Counted from the first letter of the stretch, positions 1 to 10,421 are shown. The stretch is DNA of 64,000 bases from an uncultured Candidatus Binatia bacterium (GCA_965242605.1 CBDESS010000004.1:96139-160138), one strand, 5' to 3'. Notes: generated by a model from the sequence alone, not told the origin. Made by a program: numbers and translations.

Positions 1-1
1 C

Positions 2-67
2 GAGGGAACGAGCGAGATTCAAAAGCTGGTCATCGCCCGCAACCTCTTGAAAGAGTATACAATTTAG
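2..67 (+). CDS. acyl-CoA dehydrogenase, C-terminal end (partial, runs off window start)
   Basis: Frame-2 translation ...EGTSEIQKLVIARNLLKEYTI* matches the conserved C-terminus of acyl-CoA dehydrogenases; stop TAG at 65-67. Confidence 0.5.
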   Translation, partial: EGTSEIQKLVIARNLLKEYTI

Positions 68-166
68 CCGGCGAGCCCGCTGGAACGAAAACTTCCCCAT
101 TCTGTCACTCAGGTGTCATCCTCCCTATTGGATAAGTCCATGTTTTTGTGTATGGTGTAGGAGAAA

Positions 167-183
167 CTGTACGAAATGTACAG
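167..183. promoter_or_regulatory. 17-bp palindrome CTGTACgaaatGTACAG in the leader of the EF-G paralog (possible operator)
   Basis: Perfect 6-bp inverted arms seen directly. CTGT-N9-ACAG resembles but does not equal the LexA CTGT-N8-ACAG box. Confidence 0.25.
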
Positions 184-262
184 AGCTGTGCTCTAGCCCG
201 CTCCCCTCCTCATATCTCCTTTTCTTCACGCGTGCATCGCAGACCTCGCACGGAGAGGCATT

Positions 263-2326
263 ATGTCGGCCACACTGAACAACACCCGAAACATAGGCAT
301 CGTTGCCCACGTCGACAGCGGGAAAACCACCGTGAGTGAACGTATCCTGTACTACACCGGCCTCTCGCATAAGATCGGTGAGGTCCACGACGGAACGACG
401 ATTACCGACTGGATGCCCCAGGAACGGGAGCGCGGCATTACCATCACCGCGGCGGCTATAACCTGTGAGTGGCTCCAGCACCAGATCAACGTCATTGACA
501 CCCCGGGCCACGTCGACTTTACGACCGAGGTCGAACGTAGTCTGCGCGTGCTTGACGGGGCGGTCGTGGTTTTCTGCGCGGTCGGCGGGGTAGAGCCCCA
601 GTCGGAGACGGTCTGGCACCAGGCGGACAAATATAGGGTCCCGCGCATCGTCTTCATCAACAAGCTCGACCGCGTTGGGGCGGAGTTTCACAGCGTAGTT
701 GAGCAGATCAAGAGCCGTCTGGGGGGCAAGCCGGTTCTCTTGCAACTGCCGTTCGGCAGCGAAGATACGTTTCGCGGAGTGGTCGATCTGCTGCGCCACA
801 AGGTCATCGTGTGGGAAGAAGACACGCTGGGGGCGCGCTTTCACGAGGAAGACATCCCGGCTGTAATGGCTGACGAGGTGGCGTACGCTCGCGAGCAGCT
901 GATTGAGATGGTGGCCGACGCGGACGATAGTCTGCTTGAACAATACCTGGCCGGCGAAGCGGTGAGCGCAGACACACTGGGGCGTGCCATTGCGACCAAA
1001 ACCCGGGCTATGGACATCTTTCCGGTCTTGTGCGGCAGTGCGCTGCGCAATAAGGGCGTGCAACCGCTGTTAGACGCCATCGTGTCCTATCTGCCCCCAC
1101 CGACCAAGCCGGTCCAGGGCCACACGCCAAAAGGCGAGCCGCTCGAATGGCAGGTCGCCGATACCATCCGGGCCGGCTTGGCCTTTAAGACCATGCACGA
1201 TCCATACTCGGGTCAGCTGACGTTTATTCGCCTGTATAGCGGCACCCTGAAAACCGGTGCGCAAGTCTTCAATCCCCGCACCGGTCAGACCGAACGGGTC
1301 GGCCGCCTCGTGCGTATGCACGCCAACAAAAAGGAAGATATTGAACACACCGAAGCCGGCAGCATTTTTGCCGCGGTCGGGCTCAAGAACTTTACCACCG
1401 GCGATACGATTGCCGACCGCAACCGGCCTGTCCTATTAGAGTCAATCACCTTCCACGATCCGGTCATCTCGCTGGCGATCGAGCCAAAGACGAAGGCCGA
1501 CTCGGAAAAGCTCGGCCTAGCCCTCGAACGTCTGTCGTCTGAGGACCCGACCCTAGCCATACAAACCAACGCCGAAACCGGCCAAACCTTGCTGTCCGGC
1601 ATGGGAGAATTACATCTCGAAATCATCCTTGACCGGCTCGTCCGCGAGTTCCAGGTTGCCGTCAACACCGGCGCGCCCCAGGTCGCCTACCGGGAGACCA
1701 TCACCCGTCCAGCCCAAGCCGAGGGCAGATATGTGCGCCAGTCGGGCGGGCGTGGCCAGTTTGGGCATGTGTATTTCAAGATTGAGCCGAATGATGGCCA
1801 GGGACTCGTCTTTGTCAACGCCATCAAAGGCGGTGCCATTCCCAAAGAGTACATTTCAGCAGTGGAAAAAGGCGTGCGTGAGGCGGCAGAGAATGGGGTC
1901 AGCTACGGCTGTCATCTGCTCAATACGACGGTGACCTTATACGACGGGAGCTACCATGAGGTTGACTCCTCGGAGATGTCCTTCCACTTGGCCGGCGCAC
2001 TGGGCCTGAAAGAAGCGGTCAAAAAAGCCGCGCCGGTCCTGCTCGAACCGGTCATGAAGGTTGAGGTCGTCATGCCCGAAGAGTACCTCGGGACGGTCAT
2101 GGGCGACCTCCAGGCACGGCGGGGCAGGGTCACCGAACTCGGTGAGCGCGGCAGCCAGCGCACGATTACCGCCCAGGTGCCCCTGGCAAGCATGTTTGGC
2201 TACGCCACCAGCGTGCGTTCGATCAGCCAAGGCCACGCCTCCCACAGCATGGAATTCGATCACTACGACACCCTGCCACCACACCTCATCAACGAAGCAC
2301 TCGGCTTTAGCCGGCAGAGCTCCTAA
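263..2326 (+). CDS. fusA: elongation factor G family GTPase (EF-G paralog)
   Basis: 687 aa; N-terminal G domain AHVDSGKTT...DTPGHVDF...NKLD; full EF-G domain order. The large antisense ORF 125..1063 is spurious. Confidence 0.9.
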   Translation: MSATLNNTRNIGIVAHVDSGKTTVSERILYYTGLSHKIGEVHDGTTITDWMPQERERGITITAAAITCEWLQHQINVIDTPGHVDFTTEVERSLRVLDGAVVVFCAVGGVEPQSETVWHQADKYRVPRIVFINKLDRVGAEFHSVVEQIKSRLGGKPVLLQLPFGSEDTFRGVVDLLRHKVIVWEEDTLGARFHEEDIPAVMADEVAYAREQLIEMVADADDSLLEQYLAGEAVSADTLGRAIATKTRAMDIFPVLCGSALRNKGVQPLLDAIVSYLPPPTKPVQGHTPKGEPLEWQVADTIRAGLAFKTMHDPYSGQLTFIRLYSGTLKTGAQVFNPRTGQTERVGRLVRMHANKKEDIEHTEAGSIFAAVGLKNFTTGDTIADRNRPVLLESITFHDPVISLAIEPKTKADSEKLGLALERLSSEDPTLAIQTNAETGQTLLSGMGELHLEIILDRLVREFQVAVNTGAPQVAYRETITRPAQAEGRYVRQSGGRGQFGHVYFKIEPNDGQGLVFVNAIKGGAIPKEYISAVEKGVREAAENGVSYGCHLLNTTVTLYDGSYHEVDSSEMSFHLAGALGLKEAVKKAAPVLLEPVMKVEVVMPEEYLGTVMGDLQARRGRVTELGERGSQRTITAQVPLASMFGYATSVRSISQGHASHSMEFDHYDTLPPHLINEALGFSRQSS

Positions 2327-2345
2327 AGCCGGTCATCCCGCCGGA

Positions 2346-2430
2346 TGCCGGAGGCGGGACTTGAACCCGCACGCGGGAGACCCGCTCAGGATTTTAAGTC
2401 CTGTGTGTCTGCCAGTTCCACCACTCCGGC
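2346..2430 (-). tRNA. tRNA-Leu (anticodon TAA)
   Basis: Reverse complement folds as GCCGGAG acceptor stem, CAGGA/TCCTG anticodon stem with loop CTTAAAA (anticodon UAA), long variable arm, GCGGG-TTCAAGT-CCCGC T-arm, discriminator A; 85 nt, CCA not encoded. Confidence 0.8.
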
Positions 2431-2570
2431 ATGACTGAGGTGTCGGATCTTATCCGGAATCAAACAGGGCTGACAAGGCCGCCGATCGACGCCTGGGCCC
2501 CTGAGTTTGACACCTCCGGGTTGAAGCATTAAGCTGGGCCAAGTAGTCCCTAGGCTGGGCCCAATGAGAT

Positions 2571-3602
2571 ATGCGATACTGGAAGTTGACGTGGACGCAG
2601 GCTCCTTTTTCCTCATGTCTGCCGGCCTTTGTTGTGCTGCTCTGCCTGCCGCTGATTCCGAGCTGTTCTTTTTTCCGGCCGCGGTCCGTGTCCCCTGGCC
2701 CATCCGCCGGCTCCCCGGCCTCAGAAATTCGTGATTTCATCCCCGGCCTGTCAAAAAACGCCGACGCGAACCGAAACCCGCAGTACGAAACCGAGGAAGA
2801 CCTGCTCAAAATTACTACCGAGTTCCAACGGGTTGAAGCCAACGACACCTATCGTTTTCCGCTGCCCCAGGACGTGACCGGCGCAAACGCCTATAAAGCC
2901 ACCCTCAAACGTCTGGACGATTATCAGGCCAAACACCCCGGTGCCTATCCGATCCTGGTGGCCTTTACCCGAGGACGAGCCTATGAGGGCTTGCACGCCT
3001 ATCCGCAGGCCCTCCAAGAGTATCACCGTATCAGCGAAACGCGCCACCGGCTGAAAGACGAGGCCGCTCAATCCGCCACCACGCTGAGCAAATTCCAGGA
3101 ACTGGCCCAGCGTCCTATCTCGGCCACCACTCCAGTCGCCTATCTCCAGGCTCTTGACGATCAGGCCGCAGACTGGAGGGCACTCAGTCAGGAATTGTCT
3201 GGCACGCGGTATGAAACCCTGGCGTTGGAAGAAGCCGAGCGGGTTGACGCGGCCAAGGTGACCTTTCTCAAACTGAACCGCTACCAGCTCCAAGATGGCC
3301 CGGAGAGCGTCATTGTCGCCTACCGCCAGTTGCTTGACAAACACCCCGAGAGCAAAAATCGCCACCGCTATCTGATTGAACTCGGCGACTTCTTTCTCGC
3401 TCTGGCCGAAGAGTATGTGTCCCGAAACGACCCCGAGGGTCTGTCCTTTTCGGGCGCAATGTTTGAAGAGCTAGGCCGGGCCGCGCTGAATCAATACGCC
3501 CAGGTCGCCCAACAGGACGGGGTGATCGAAAAGCTGCAAGCCAAGGGCAAACTCCAAGCCCTTGAGGCGTATATGGCCAAAATCGGCCGGCTCGGACGCT
3601 GA
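2571..3602 (+). CDS. hypothetical secreted/lipoprotein-like protein
   Basis: 343-aa ORF with hydrophobic N-terminus and possible lipobox (LIPSC); no recognisable domain; protein-like composition. Confidence 0.45.
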   Translation: MRYWKLTWTQAPFSSCLPAFVVLLCLPLIPSCSFFRPRSVSPGPSAGSPASEIRDFIPGLSKNADANRNPQYETEEDLLKITTEFQRVEANDTYRFPLPQDVTGANAYKATLKRLDDYQAKHPGAYPILVAFTRGRAYEGLHAYPQALQEYHRISETRHRLKDEAAQSATTLSKFQELAQRPISATTPVAYLQALDDQAADWRALSQELSGTRYETLALEEAERVDAAKVTFLKLNRYQLQDGPESVIVAYRQLLDKHPESKNRHRYLIELGDFFLALAEEYVSRNDPEGLSFSGAMFEELGRAALNQYAQVAQQDGVIEKLQAKGKLQALEAYMAKIGRLGR

Positions 3603-3607
3603 GTGGG

Positions 3608-5668
3608 GTGAGGGGAGGAGCTATGCGGCCGTGCATCCATCTGAGCGGGTTCCTCATTGGCCTGTCGCTGCTAAGCCCAGTGCAGGCCCAAGAATTTTCC
3701 GATCCTCTGATGCACCGGCTGACCAATGCGTACCCCAACTATAACCCGTTTATTCCACCCCTGCCGCCCGACCGCTATTTTCCCGATGCGGTCGGCAAGC
3801 AGGTCGCCAACGCCATTGCTGACGCCTATCTCACCGGCTCGCACTCCGTTGAAGAGCATGTCCGCGCTCTGTCCCAGCATGACGCCGAACTGCTGAGAGG
3901 CGGCCAGCGCCCGACCGGCCTGACCGCCTATCTCAGGGCGCTGGCCGCGGCTGAGGACTCCCCTCACCAAGCCGCCCCAGAGGTCGCCGTCGCCGAACTT
4001 GACGCCCCTGCCGACGAGCTCCTGGCCGAGGCCGATACGCTACTCGCAGACGAAAGACGTGGCCGTTTGGGACGAATGTTCAACTGGGTGCTATCAACCT
4101 TTGATGTCGGCAGTCTGTTCCTCGGCGTTCCCCGCAGTCCCAGCCCCTATTCTGTCCAGGGCGTTATTTCGTCTCTCAGGCGGCGGGGCGACGCGCCCAG
4201 CCCACGCGAACGCAAAGCCCTGGTCCTGTACCGGCAGTTTCTGCGCCGCGCTCCCCACGGCCCCCGTGCGGCCGAGGTCCAAAAAAAGATCACCGCCCTG
4301 GAAACGCGCCGCCAAAAAGCCCTCTTAGACGAAGCACTTGACAAGGCTACGGCTGCCTTTGAGCAGGGCGACTACTGGGGCGCAAACTTCCACTACCAAC
4401 TCGCGCTGATGGTCGATGACGAATCGGACCAGGCCCAGGCGGGTTTGCGCCAAGTCGAAGCCCGGCTCCAGGTCCTCGAACCCCTCGCCGAACAACAGCC
4501 AGAGGACCCCTACCAACGGGTTCGAGATGCCACATGGGACCATCGGGTCAAGTCCTTCAAATATGTCATGCCGGGCAGCTCTTTTGTCAAAGACAACTTC
4601 GCCGTGGCCGGTATCCAGGTGGCGACCGAGGGTCTGGTTGGAGCGGCAACATTCGGGGTGCTGTCAATGGTTCAGGTCGGTACCAAACTGTGGCGGGTGA
4701 TGACCGGCAACCCAGTCTCGCGCCAGGATGTCATTCGTGAGGCGCAGACCTATGTGCATCACACACCGCCCGAACGACGGACGCCTCAGGTCTATGACCT
4801 GCTGGCCAGCTCCTACCAGCGCGAGGGCGAGCTGGAGCGGGCGATGCACTACTATCACCTCGCCGGACAGAAAGACAAAATCCCGAAACTCAAAGAGCAG
4901 GCCGCCGAGGCGCTCCTCGAGCAGGCGGACAGCACACCCCACCGGGCCGATAAACTGGCCGCCTTACAGACCCTGGCCGAACGCTATCCAGCCACCGAGG
5001 CGGCCAAAAAAGCGGCACCCCAGCTGCGCGAGCTGAGCCGTTGGGAAAATCAAGGGCTCCAACTCAGCAAAGCCTTTCTCAAAGAGCACGACGATCTCAT
5101 CGGTCCCCACGGCTTGGGGCTCAAGCCCCAACTAGTGGACGGCGACCGGGACAATGTTGAACTCAGCGATGAGGGGCTCACCATCTTGACCGGTCGCAAG
5201 ATTTCCCTGCACCTTGCGGCCGACAGCGGTCCACAGACCAAGGTCTACAGCGTGCCTAGCCTAGCCTGGGACCGATTTTGGCGGCGTCTTCGGGCCAGAG
5301 GGTTTGACTGGGCGGCGCGTCACGGCGACCGTCAGCTCGCCCGGTTAGCCTTGGGCGTGGCAGAGGCCGACATCGTACTCAAGAGTAGCCAGGAAAAGCA
5401 CGCCGAGCGGGGCTGGCGCGCCCTGCCCCAACTGACCGGCAGTACCTCGGGCACGGACCTTGATATTCGTGGCGTTGTGCCAAAAGAAGTGCTCGGCACC
5501 AACCTCGCCTTTGGCAAAGACCAGCGCAGCGCCTTTATCGGCATGGAGGTCCCCATGCCGTTTGTGCCGGTCGATTTCCTGCTGCTTGGCCGCAGCGGCA
5601 TGCCGTCGCTCTATCCAAAGATTCGGATGCCGGACAGCGGGCTGAGCAACCCAGAGCTGTATCAGTAG
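3608..5668 (+). CDS. hypothetical secreted protein (686 aa)
   Basis: N-terminal signal peptide (LIGLSLLSPVQAQE); long ORF immediately downstream of the previous hypothetical gene; no recognised domain. Confidence 0.5.
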   Translation: MRGGAMRPCIHLSGFLIGLSLLSPVQAQEFSDPLMHRLTNAYPNYNPFIPPLPPDRYFPDAVGKQVANAIADAYLTGSHSVEEHVRALSQHDAELLRGGQRPTGLTAYLRALAAAEDSPHQAAPEVAVAELDAPADELLAEADTLLADERRGRLGRMFNWVLSTFDVGSLFLGVPRSPSPYSVQGVISSLRRRGDAPSPRERKALVLYRQFLRRAPHGPRAAEVQKKITALETRRQKALLDEALDKATAAFEQGDYWGANFHYQLALMVDDESDQAQAGLRQVEARLQVLEPLAEQQPEDPYQRVRDATWDHRVKSFKYVMPGSSFVKDNFAVAGIQVATEGLVGAATFGVLSMVQVGTKLWRVMTGNPVSRQDVIREAQTYVHHTPPERRTPQVYDLLASSYQREGELERAMHYYHLAGQKDKIPKLKEQAAEALLEQADSTPHRADKLAALQTLAERYPATEAAKKAAPQLRELSRWENQGLQLSKAFLKEHDDLIGPHGLGLKPQLVDGDRDNVELSDEGLTILTGRKISLHLAADSGPQTKVYSVPSLAWDRFWRRLRARGFDWAARHGDRQLARLALGVAEADIVLKSSQEKHAERGWRALPQLTGSTSGTDLDIRGVVPKEVLGTNLAFGKDQRSAFIGMEVPMPFVPVDFLLLGRSGMPSLYPKIRMPDSGLSNPELYQ

Positions 5669-5688
5669 CTCTCCTGCCCGGGCCAGCA

Positions 5689-6153
5689 TCAGGACTCATC
5701 GGGTTTGCGAAAACTGTCATGGCAGCCCTTGCAGCTACCAAAGACGGCCTTGAGCTTGGCCTTGGCCTCGTCCCCCCTGTCCTGGCTGGCGGCGTGGCCG
5801 AGTTCCTCGGCAGCGTCTCGCAAGCCGTGGGCGGATTGGACAAAGTCATCCCACCGCTGCCATATTTCAGGCTTGGCGCGTGAGGAGTCCGAGGCGCTGC
5901 CGGGGGGAAACAGATGTGGAATCTGGCTGGCATGGAGGGCAATCGCCCCGGCGTAGAGCGCCGCGTCTGTGACCTGTCCGTCGTCCAGCCTGGCTTTGAG
6001 CTGCTTGGCGTTGGCCCCCACATTTTCCATCAGATACATGCGCACCGCCACGGCATCGTCCGGGTTTTTGAGACTGTGGGCAGGCTCACCGTGAGCACCG
6101 AGGCGCTGGGCGGCCACGGCCAGCACAGCTGCTATCAAAATTATCCGCTTCAT
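5689..6153 (-). CDS. cytochrome c' (class II c-type cytochrome)
   Basis: Signal peptide plus a single C-terminal CKGCH haem-binding motif, about 150 aa, typical of cytochrome c'; 4-nt overlap with the upstream dihaem cytochrome gene. Confidence 0.7.
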   Translation of the reverse strand: MKRIILIAAVLAVAAQRLGAHGEPAHSLKNPDDAVAVRMYLMENVGANAKQLKARLDDGQVTDAALYAGAIALHASQIPHLFPPGSASDSSRAKPEIWQRWDDFVQSAHGLRDAAEELGHAASQDRGDEAKAKLKAVFGSCKGCHDSFRKPDES

Positions 6154-7109
6154 CCATCTGTCTCCTTTCCCTGTCTCTCGCCTCCAATAGCCTGTTCGAC
6201 TGCCGGAATGCTTTTGAAATAGCTCGCCACAGCCCGGGCATCCGCGTCGTTCATGTCCTTGTAGCCCCCTTCGGGGATGCCTTCAATCACGAGCGCCATC
6301 AAGCCCTGGACCGTATCAAAGTTGGGCAAAAAGCCGCTGCGCAGCAGGGTCACGATTTCGTCCTCGCTCCAGTCGCCAATCCCAGTCTTGACATCCGGGG
6401 TGATGTTGGGCGAAATCTCGCCGTCAATCCCGTCTGGATTGCCGGCCATATGGCGTGCGGGGTCAAGCGTGCCGGTCCACCGCCGCGGGCTGTGGCACTC
6501 CTGACAGTGGGCGACATGCTGGCTGATGTACGCCCCACGCTCGACTCCGCTCTGGGGTGAGCTGGCCGGGGTCTGCGCCGGCTCGAAAAACAGCCAGCGC
6601 CACACCCGCATCGCCAGCCCGGCAAACGGGACCGGGAGCTCATGGGGCTGATTCACCCGTGCCACAGGCGGCAGGCTGCGCAGATAGGCGACGAGGGCTT
6701 CGACATCCGCGTCGCTCATACCGCTCAGAGCCGGGTATGGCATGACCGGGCTTATGACCGAGCCATCGGGCCGGACGCCTTGGCGAATAGCGTCAATAAT
6801 CTGTCGGTCGGTCCAGGTGCCGATCCCGTGGTCGGCGTCGGGCGTGATATTTGTTCCATAAAAGGTACCGTAGAGGGTGGTGAGCGGCCGGCCGCCGGCG
6901 TTGACCGCCCCGCCCTCGGCCGTATGACAGCCACACCCGCCTGCCAGGGCGAAGACGTAGCGCCCACGGAGAAGCAGGTCGTCAGGGGGCTGGGCGTAGC
7001 CGAGCGTGGCGAGCTGGGCACCACTCAGTGGCCAAGCGAGCAACCCGACGAACACCACGGGCCAGAATTGCGGCCCGCGTCTTGCCTTGCGCATCTCCGC
7101 TGTCCCCAT
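6150..7109 (-). CDS. dihaem c-type cytochrome
   Basis: Signal peptide; two CXXCH motifs (CGCH and CQECH); 319 aa. Confidence 0.7.
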   Translation of the reverse strand: MGTAEMRKARRGPQFWPVVFVGLLAWPLSGAQLATLGYAQPPDDLLLRGRYVFALAGGCGCHTAEGGAVNAGGRPLTTLYGTFYGTNITPDADHGIGTWTDRQIIDAIRQGVRPDGSVISPVMPYPALSGMSDADVEALVAYLRSLPPVARVNQPHELPVPFAGLAMRVWRWLFFEPAQTPASSPQSGVERGAYISQHVAHCQECHSPRRWTGTLDPARHMAGNPDGIDGEISPNITPDVKTGIGDWSEDEIVTLLRSGFLPNFDTVQGLMALVIEGIPEGGYKDMNDADARAVASYFKSIPAVEQAIGGERQGKETDG

Positions 7110-7208
7110 CTGCCTGTGCTTGTACGGAGAAACCGCCCTGGGCGCAAGCCAGCCAAGTCAATAGACTGGGCTTGGGCTGCTGTTCCCGGCCTGCTAGTCT
7201 GCGGAGAC

Positions 7209-7667
7209 ATGCGAACTGTTGGACTGACGGCGAGCGTCGCCGGCTTCCTGGGTATCGGCGCGGCCGCCCTGGCGTACCTGTTCAGCGTCTTAGGCGAGGC
7301 CAACCTTGACCTGGGCCGGACCTATCAGCTCTACGCCGATTTCACCAACGCCAGCGGTCTTGAACCCGGCGCGGTGGTTGAGGTGGCCGGTGTGACAGTC
7401 GGCCGGGTCAACGCCGTCTGGCGTGTTGACGACCGCGCCCGAGTCAGCCTCTCGGTCCGCAAGGATATCCAGCTTCGGGATGATACCATCGCCTCAATAA
7501 AAACCCGCGGTCTGCTCGGCGGCCTCTACCTGACCCTGTCCTTGGGCGGCTCTGAGCGGATTCTGGGACCCGGTGACAAAATCCGCGAGACCGAATCCCC
7601 ACTGGATATTCCAGGCTTGATGTCGGCCTATGTCGCCTCCCAGCGTGCGGCATCCGGCGAACACTAA
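7209..7667 (+). CDS. mlaD: MlaD/Mce-family outer-membrane lipid-asymmetry protein
   Basis: In-frame ATG at 7209 inside the long ORF 6642..7667; N-terminal TM helix then Mce domain (YQLYADFTNASGLEPGAVVEVAGVTVGRV...). The upstream ORF part overlaps the cytochrome gene antisense and is rejected. Confidence 0.7.
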   Translation: MRTVGLTASVAGFLGIGAAALAYLFSVLGEANLDLGRTYQLYADFTNASGLEPGAVVEVAGVTVGRVNAVWRVDDRARVSLSVRKDIQLRDDTIASIKTRGLLGGLYLTLSLGGSERILGPGDKIRETESPLDIPGLMSAYVASQRAASGEH

Positions 7668-7676
7668 GCCCCCTGT

Positions 7677-7823
7677 CTATTCCCGGTCGTCCTTGCGCCT
7701 TTGCCGGCGGTAAGCGGCCGGCTTCATCCGCACAGCCCCACACCGCGGACAGCGCCACTTCTCCTGCTTATGCGGCCGATGGGCCTGAACCTGCATCTTG
7801 GTACGGCAACGCGGGCAGTGCAT
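7677..7823 (-). CDS. small zinc-ribbon protein (48 aa), tentative
   Basis: MHCPRCRTKMQVQAHRPHKQEKWRCPRCGAVRMKPAAYRRQRRKDDRE: two CPRC pairs, basic tail; lies in the MlaD-CaiB intergenic region. Confidence 0.3.
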   Translation of the reverse strand: MHCPRCRTKMQVQAHRPHKQEKWRCPRCGAVRMKPAAYRRQRRKDDRE

Positions 7824-7942
7824 GGCTAATCCTGTCTGGTCTGTGTTACGTCATAGCGGGGGGTCATGCCAGAGCCGGCCCGCCGGCAGCGGGGGATTTT
7901 CAGCCACCGGACGGCCAGCTATACATGTCGTAGACAAGTCTA

Positions 7943-9202
7943 GTGAGCAGGAGGGCAGCCATGTTAGACCACTACCGCGTCCTTGACCTGAGCAACGAGC
8001 GCGGCCTGTTGTGCGGTCAGATTCTGGGTGATCTGGGTGCCGATGTCATCAAAATCGAGCCGCCAGGTGGATCGTCGGCCCGCCGGCTGGCACCCTTCTT
8101 TCAGAACGAAACGGACGCCGAGGGATCGCTGGTGTGGTGGGCGTATAACCGCAATAAGCGGGCTATTACTCTCGACATCACCCATCCCGACGGCAAGCTG
8201 CTGCTGCGCCGTTTGGTCAAAACCGCCCATTTTCTGATCGAGTCGGAGACGCCCGGCAGCTTGGCCGAGCTGGGCTTGGGCTATGAGGACCTAGCCCCCG
8301 ACAACGCCGGCCTGATTTATGTCTCCATTACCCCCTTCGGCCAGGACGGCCCCAAGGCCAGCTACGCCGACAGCGATCTGGTCATCCTGGCGTCCGGTGG
8401 TCCCCTGGTCCTGACCGGTGACGATGACCGTCCACCGGTGCGGGTCAGCGTGCCACAGGGGTATCTGCACGCCAGCGCCGGGGCGGTGGTGGCCGCGCTG
8501 ATCGCCTCGCACGAACGCCACCGCTCGGGCACGGGTCAGCATATCGACATCTCGGCCCAGCAGGCGGTGGCCCAGGCTACCCAGTCCAGCATTCTGGCCG
8601 GCCCGCTCAACGACGCCGAGATAAGCCGCATGTCCGGCGGCACAAAAATCGGCGATCTGCCGATTCGTCTGGTGTGGCCGGCCAAAGACGGCCATGTGGC
8701 TATCACCTATTTGTTCGGCTCGGCCTTTGCCCATTTCACCAAACGCCTGATGGACTGGATATACGAAGAGGGGCTGTGTGACGAGGCCACCCAGCAGACC
8801 GACTGGGTGGCCTACGGCGGTTATATGTTCAGCGGTCCAGAGGCCATTGAAGACTATAAGCGCCTGACCCAAATCGTCGAGGACTTCACCACAACCAAGA
8901 CAAAGGCCGAACTGCTGCATGGCGCGCTCGAACGCGGCCTGCTCATCGCTCCGGTCACTACCCTGGACGAGGTGGTCAACAGTGAGCAGCTCGCCTCGCG
9001 TGACTATTGGACCTCGGTTGACCACGGCCAGCTTGGCCAAGCGATCCGCTATCCCGGTCCGTTTGCCAAGTTCAGCGCCGCTCCGATCACCTATCGGCGG
9101 CGTCCACCACGGCTTGGGGAACATAACCGCGAGGTGTATAGTGGGGAGATGGGCCTCAGCCCGGCCCGACTCGACCAACTCCAGACCAAGGGGGTCATCT
9201 AA
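7943..9202 (+). CDS. CoA-transferase family III (CaiB/BaiF) protein
   Basis: N-terminus LDHYRVLDLSNERGLLCGQILGDLGADVIKIEPPGG is the family-III CoA-transferase signature; likely start at MLDHY (7961). Confidence 0.85.
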   Translation: MSRRAAMLDHYRVLDLSNERGLLCGQILGDLGADVIKIEPPGGSSARRLAPFFQNETDAEGSLVWWAYNRNKRAITLDITHPDGKLLLRRLVKTAHFLIESETPGSLAELGLGYEDLAPDNAGLIYVSITPFGQDGPKASYADSDLVILASGGPLVLTGDDDRPPVRVSVPQGYLHASAGAVVAALIASHERHRSGTGQHIDISAQQAVAQATQSSILAGPLNDAEISRMSGGTKIGDLPIRLVWPAKDGHVAITYLFGSAFAHFTKRLMDWIYEEGLCDEATQQTDWVAYGGYMFSGPEAIEDYKRLTQIVEDFTTTKTKAELLHGALERGLLIAPVTTLDEVVNSEQLASRDYWTSVDHGQLGQAIRYPGPFAKFSAAPITYRRRPPRLGEHNREVYSGEMGLSPARLDQLQTKGVI

Positions 9203-10419
9203 TGGAAAACGAACAACCGCTAGCCGATGTCAAGGTACTCGATTTCATGTGGGCGATGGCCGGTCCGGGTTCAACCCGGATTTTGGCCGATTACGGCGCG
9301 ACAATCGTGCGGATTGAGTCCACCACCCGCTTTGATGCGGTGCGGATGGTCGGTCCCTTCCACAACGGCCAACCCGGGCCGGAAAGTTCAGGGCTGTTCT
9401 ACAACATGAATGCCGGCAAGCTGCCGGTCACCCTGAATCTGTCCAAAGCCCCGGCCAAAGAGGTGATTGCAGACCTTGTGCGCTGGGCCGATGTGGTGAC
9501 CGAGTCGTTCTCACCCCGGGCCATGAAAGCCTGGGGGCTCGATTATGGAGCCCTACGCACGATCAAGCCGGATATCATCATGCTCAGCACCTGTCTGATG
9601 GGACAGACCGGCCCGCTGGCCAAGTTTGCCGGTTTTGGCAATTTGGCGGCCGCCATTTCTGGTTTTTTTGACCCCACCGGTTGGCCCGACCGACCGCCGG
9701 CCGGGCCGTTCGGTGCGTATACCGACTATATCGCCCCGTGGTACAACGCCGCGGCTGTTCTGACCGCGCTGGAGCACAAGCACCGCACCGGCCAGGGCCA
9801 GCATATCGACCTGTCGCAGGCCGAGGCCTCGCTCCATTTCCTGGCCCCGGCCCTGCTTGACTATACCGCCAACGGCACCGTCCAGAGCCGGACCGGCAAC
9901 CGGGACCGCAACCATGCCCCCCACGGCGTCTATCCCGCGGCCGGCAACGACGCCTGGGTCGCGATCGCGGCCCAGACCGAGGCCCAGTGGCAAGCCCTGT
10001 GCGGGGTCATTGAGCGGCCGGAGTGGGCCGGCGATGAGCGGTTTGCCACCGCTGAGGGCCGGCGCACCCACCAGGACGAAATCGACGCCGCCATCTCGAC
10101 CTGGACCGGCCGTCAAGACATGTTTGGGGCCGAGGCCAAGCTCCAGCAGGCCAAGGTTCCGGCCAGCGCGGTCCGAACCATGCATCAGTTGTACCAGGAG
10201 CCCCAGCTGTTCCACCGTGAACACTTTGTTGACCTGGAGCACCCCCAACACGGCACGACAACGGTTGAAGGCTCACGCTTCAAGCTGTCCCGCACTCCGG
10301 CCAAGGTCGGTGGCTCGGCGGCCACCCTAGGGCGTGACAATCAGTATGTGCTGGAAAAAATTCTGGGCTATAGCGAGGAAAAGATCACCCAACTGGTAAG
10401 CGCCGAGGTGTTGGAGTAG
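9202..10419 (+). CDS. CoA-transferase family III (CaiB/BaiF) protein, second paralog
   Basis: VLDFMWAMAGPGSTRILADYGATIVRIE; TAATG overlap with the previous gene. Confidence 0.85.
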   Translation: MENEQPLADVKVLDFMWAMAGPGSTRILADYGATIVRIESTTRFDAVRMVGPFHNGQPGPESSGLFYNMNAGKLPVTLNLSKAPAKEVIADLVRWADVVTESFSPRAMKAWGLDYGALRTIKPDIIMLSTCLMGQTGPLAKFAGFGNLAAAISGFFDPTGWPDRPPAGPFGAYTDYIAPWYNAAAVLTALEHKHRTGQGQHIDLSQAEASLHFLAPALLDYTANGTVQSRTGNRDRNHAPHGVYPAAGNDAWVAIAAQTEAQWQALCGVIERPEWAGDERFATAEGRRTHQDEIDAAISTWTGRQDMFGAEAKLQQAKVPASAVRTMHQLYQEPQLFHREHFVDLEHPQHGTTTVEGSRFKLSRTPAKVGGSAATLGRDNQYVLEKILGYSEEKITQLVSAEVLE

Positions 10420-10421
10420 GC

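Noticed and set aside
125-1063. 312-aa ORF antisense to EF-G
   Set aside because: Entirely inside the strongly supported fusA-like CDS on the opposite strand; a high-GC antisense artefact.
6642-7208. N-terminal 190-aa extension of the MlaD ORF
   Set aside because: Overlaps the dihaem cytochrome c gene on the opposite strand and has no Mce homology; the true start is the internal ATG at 7209.
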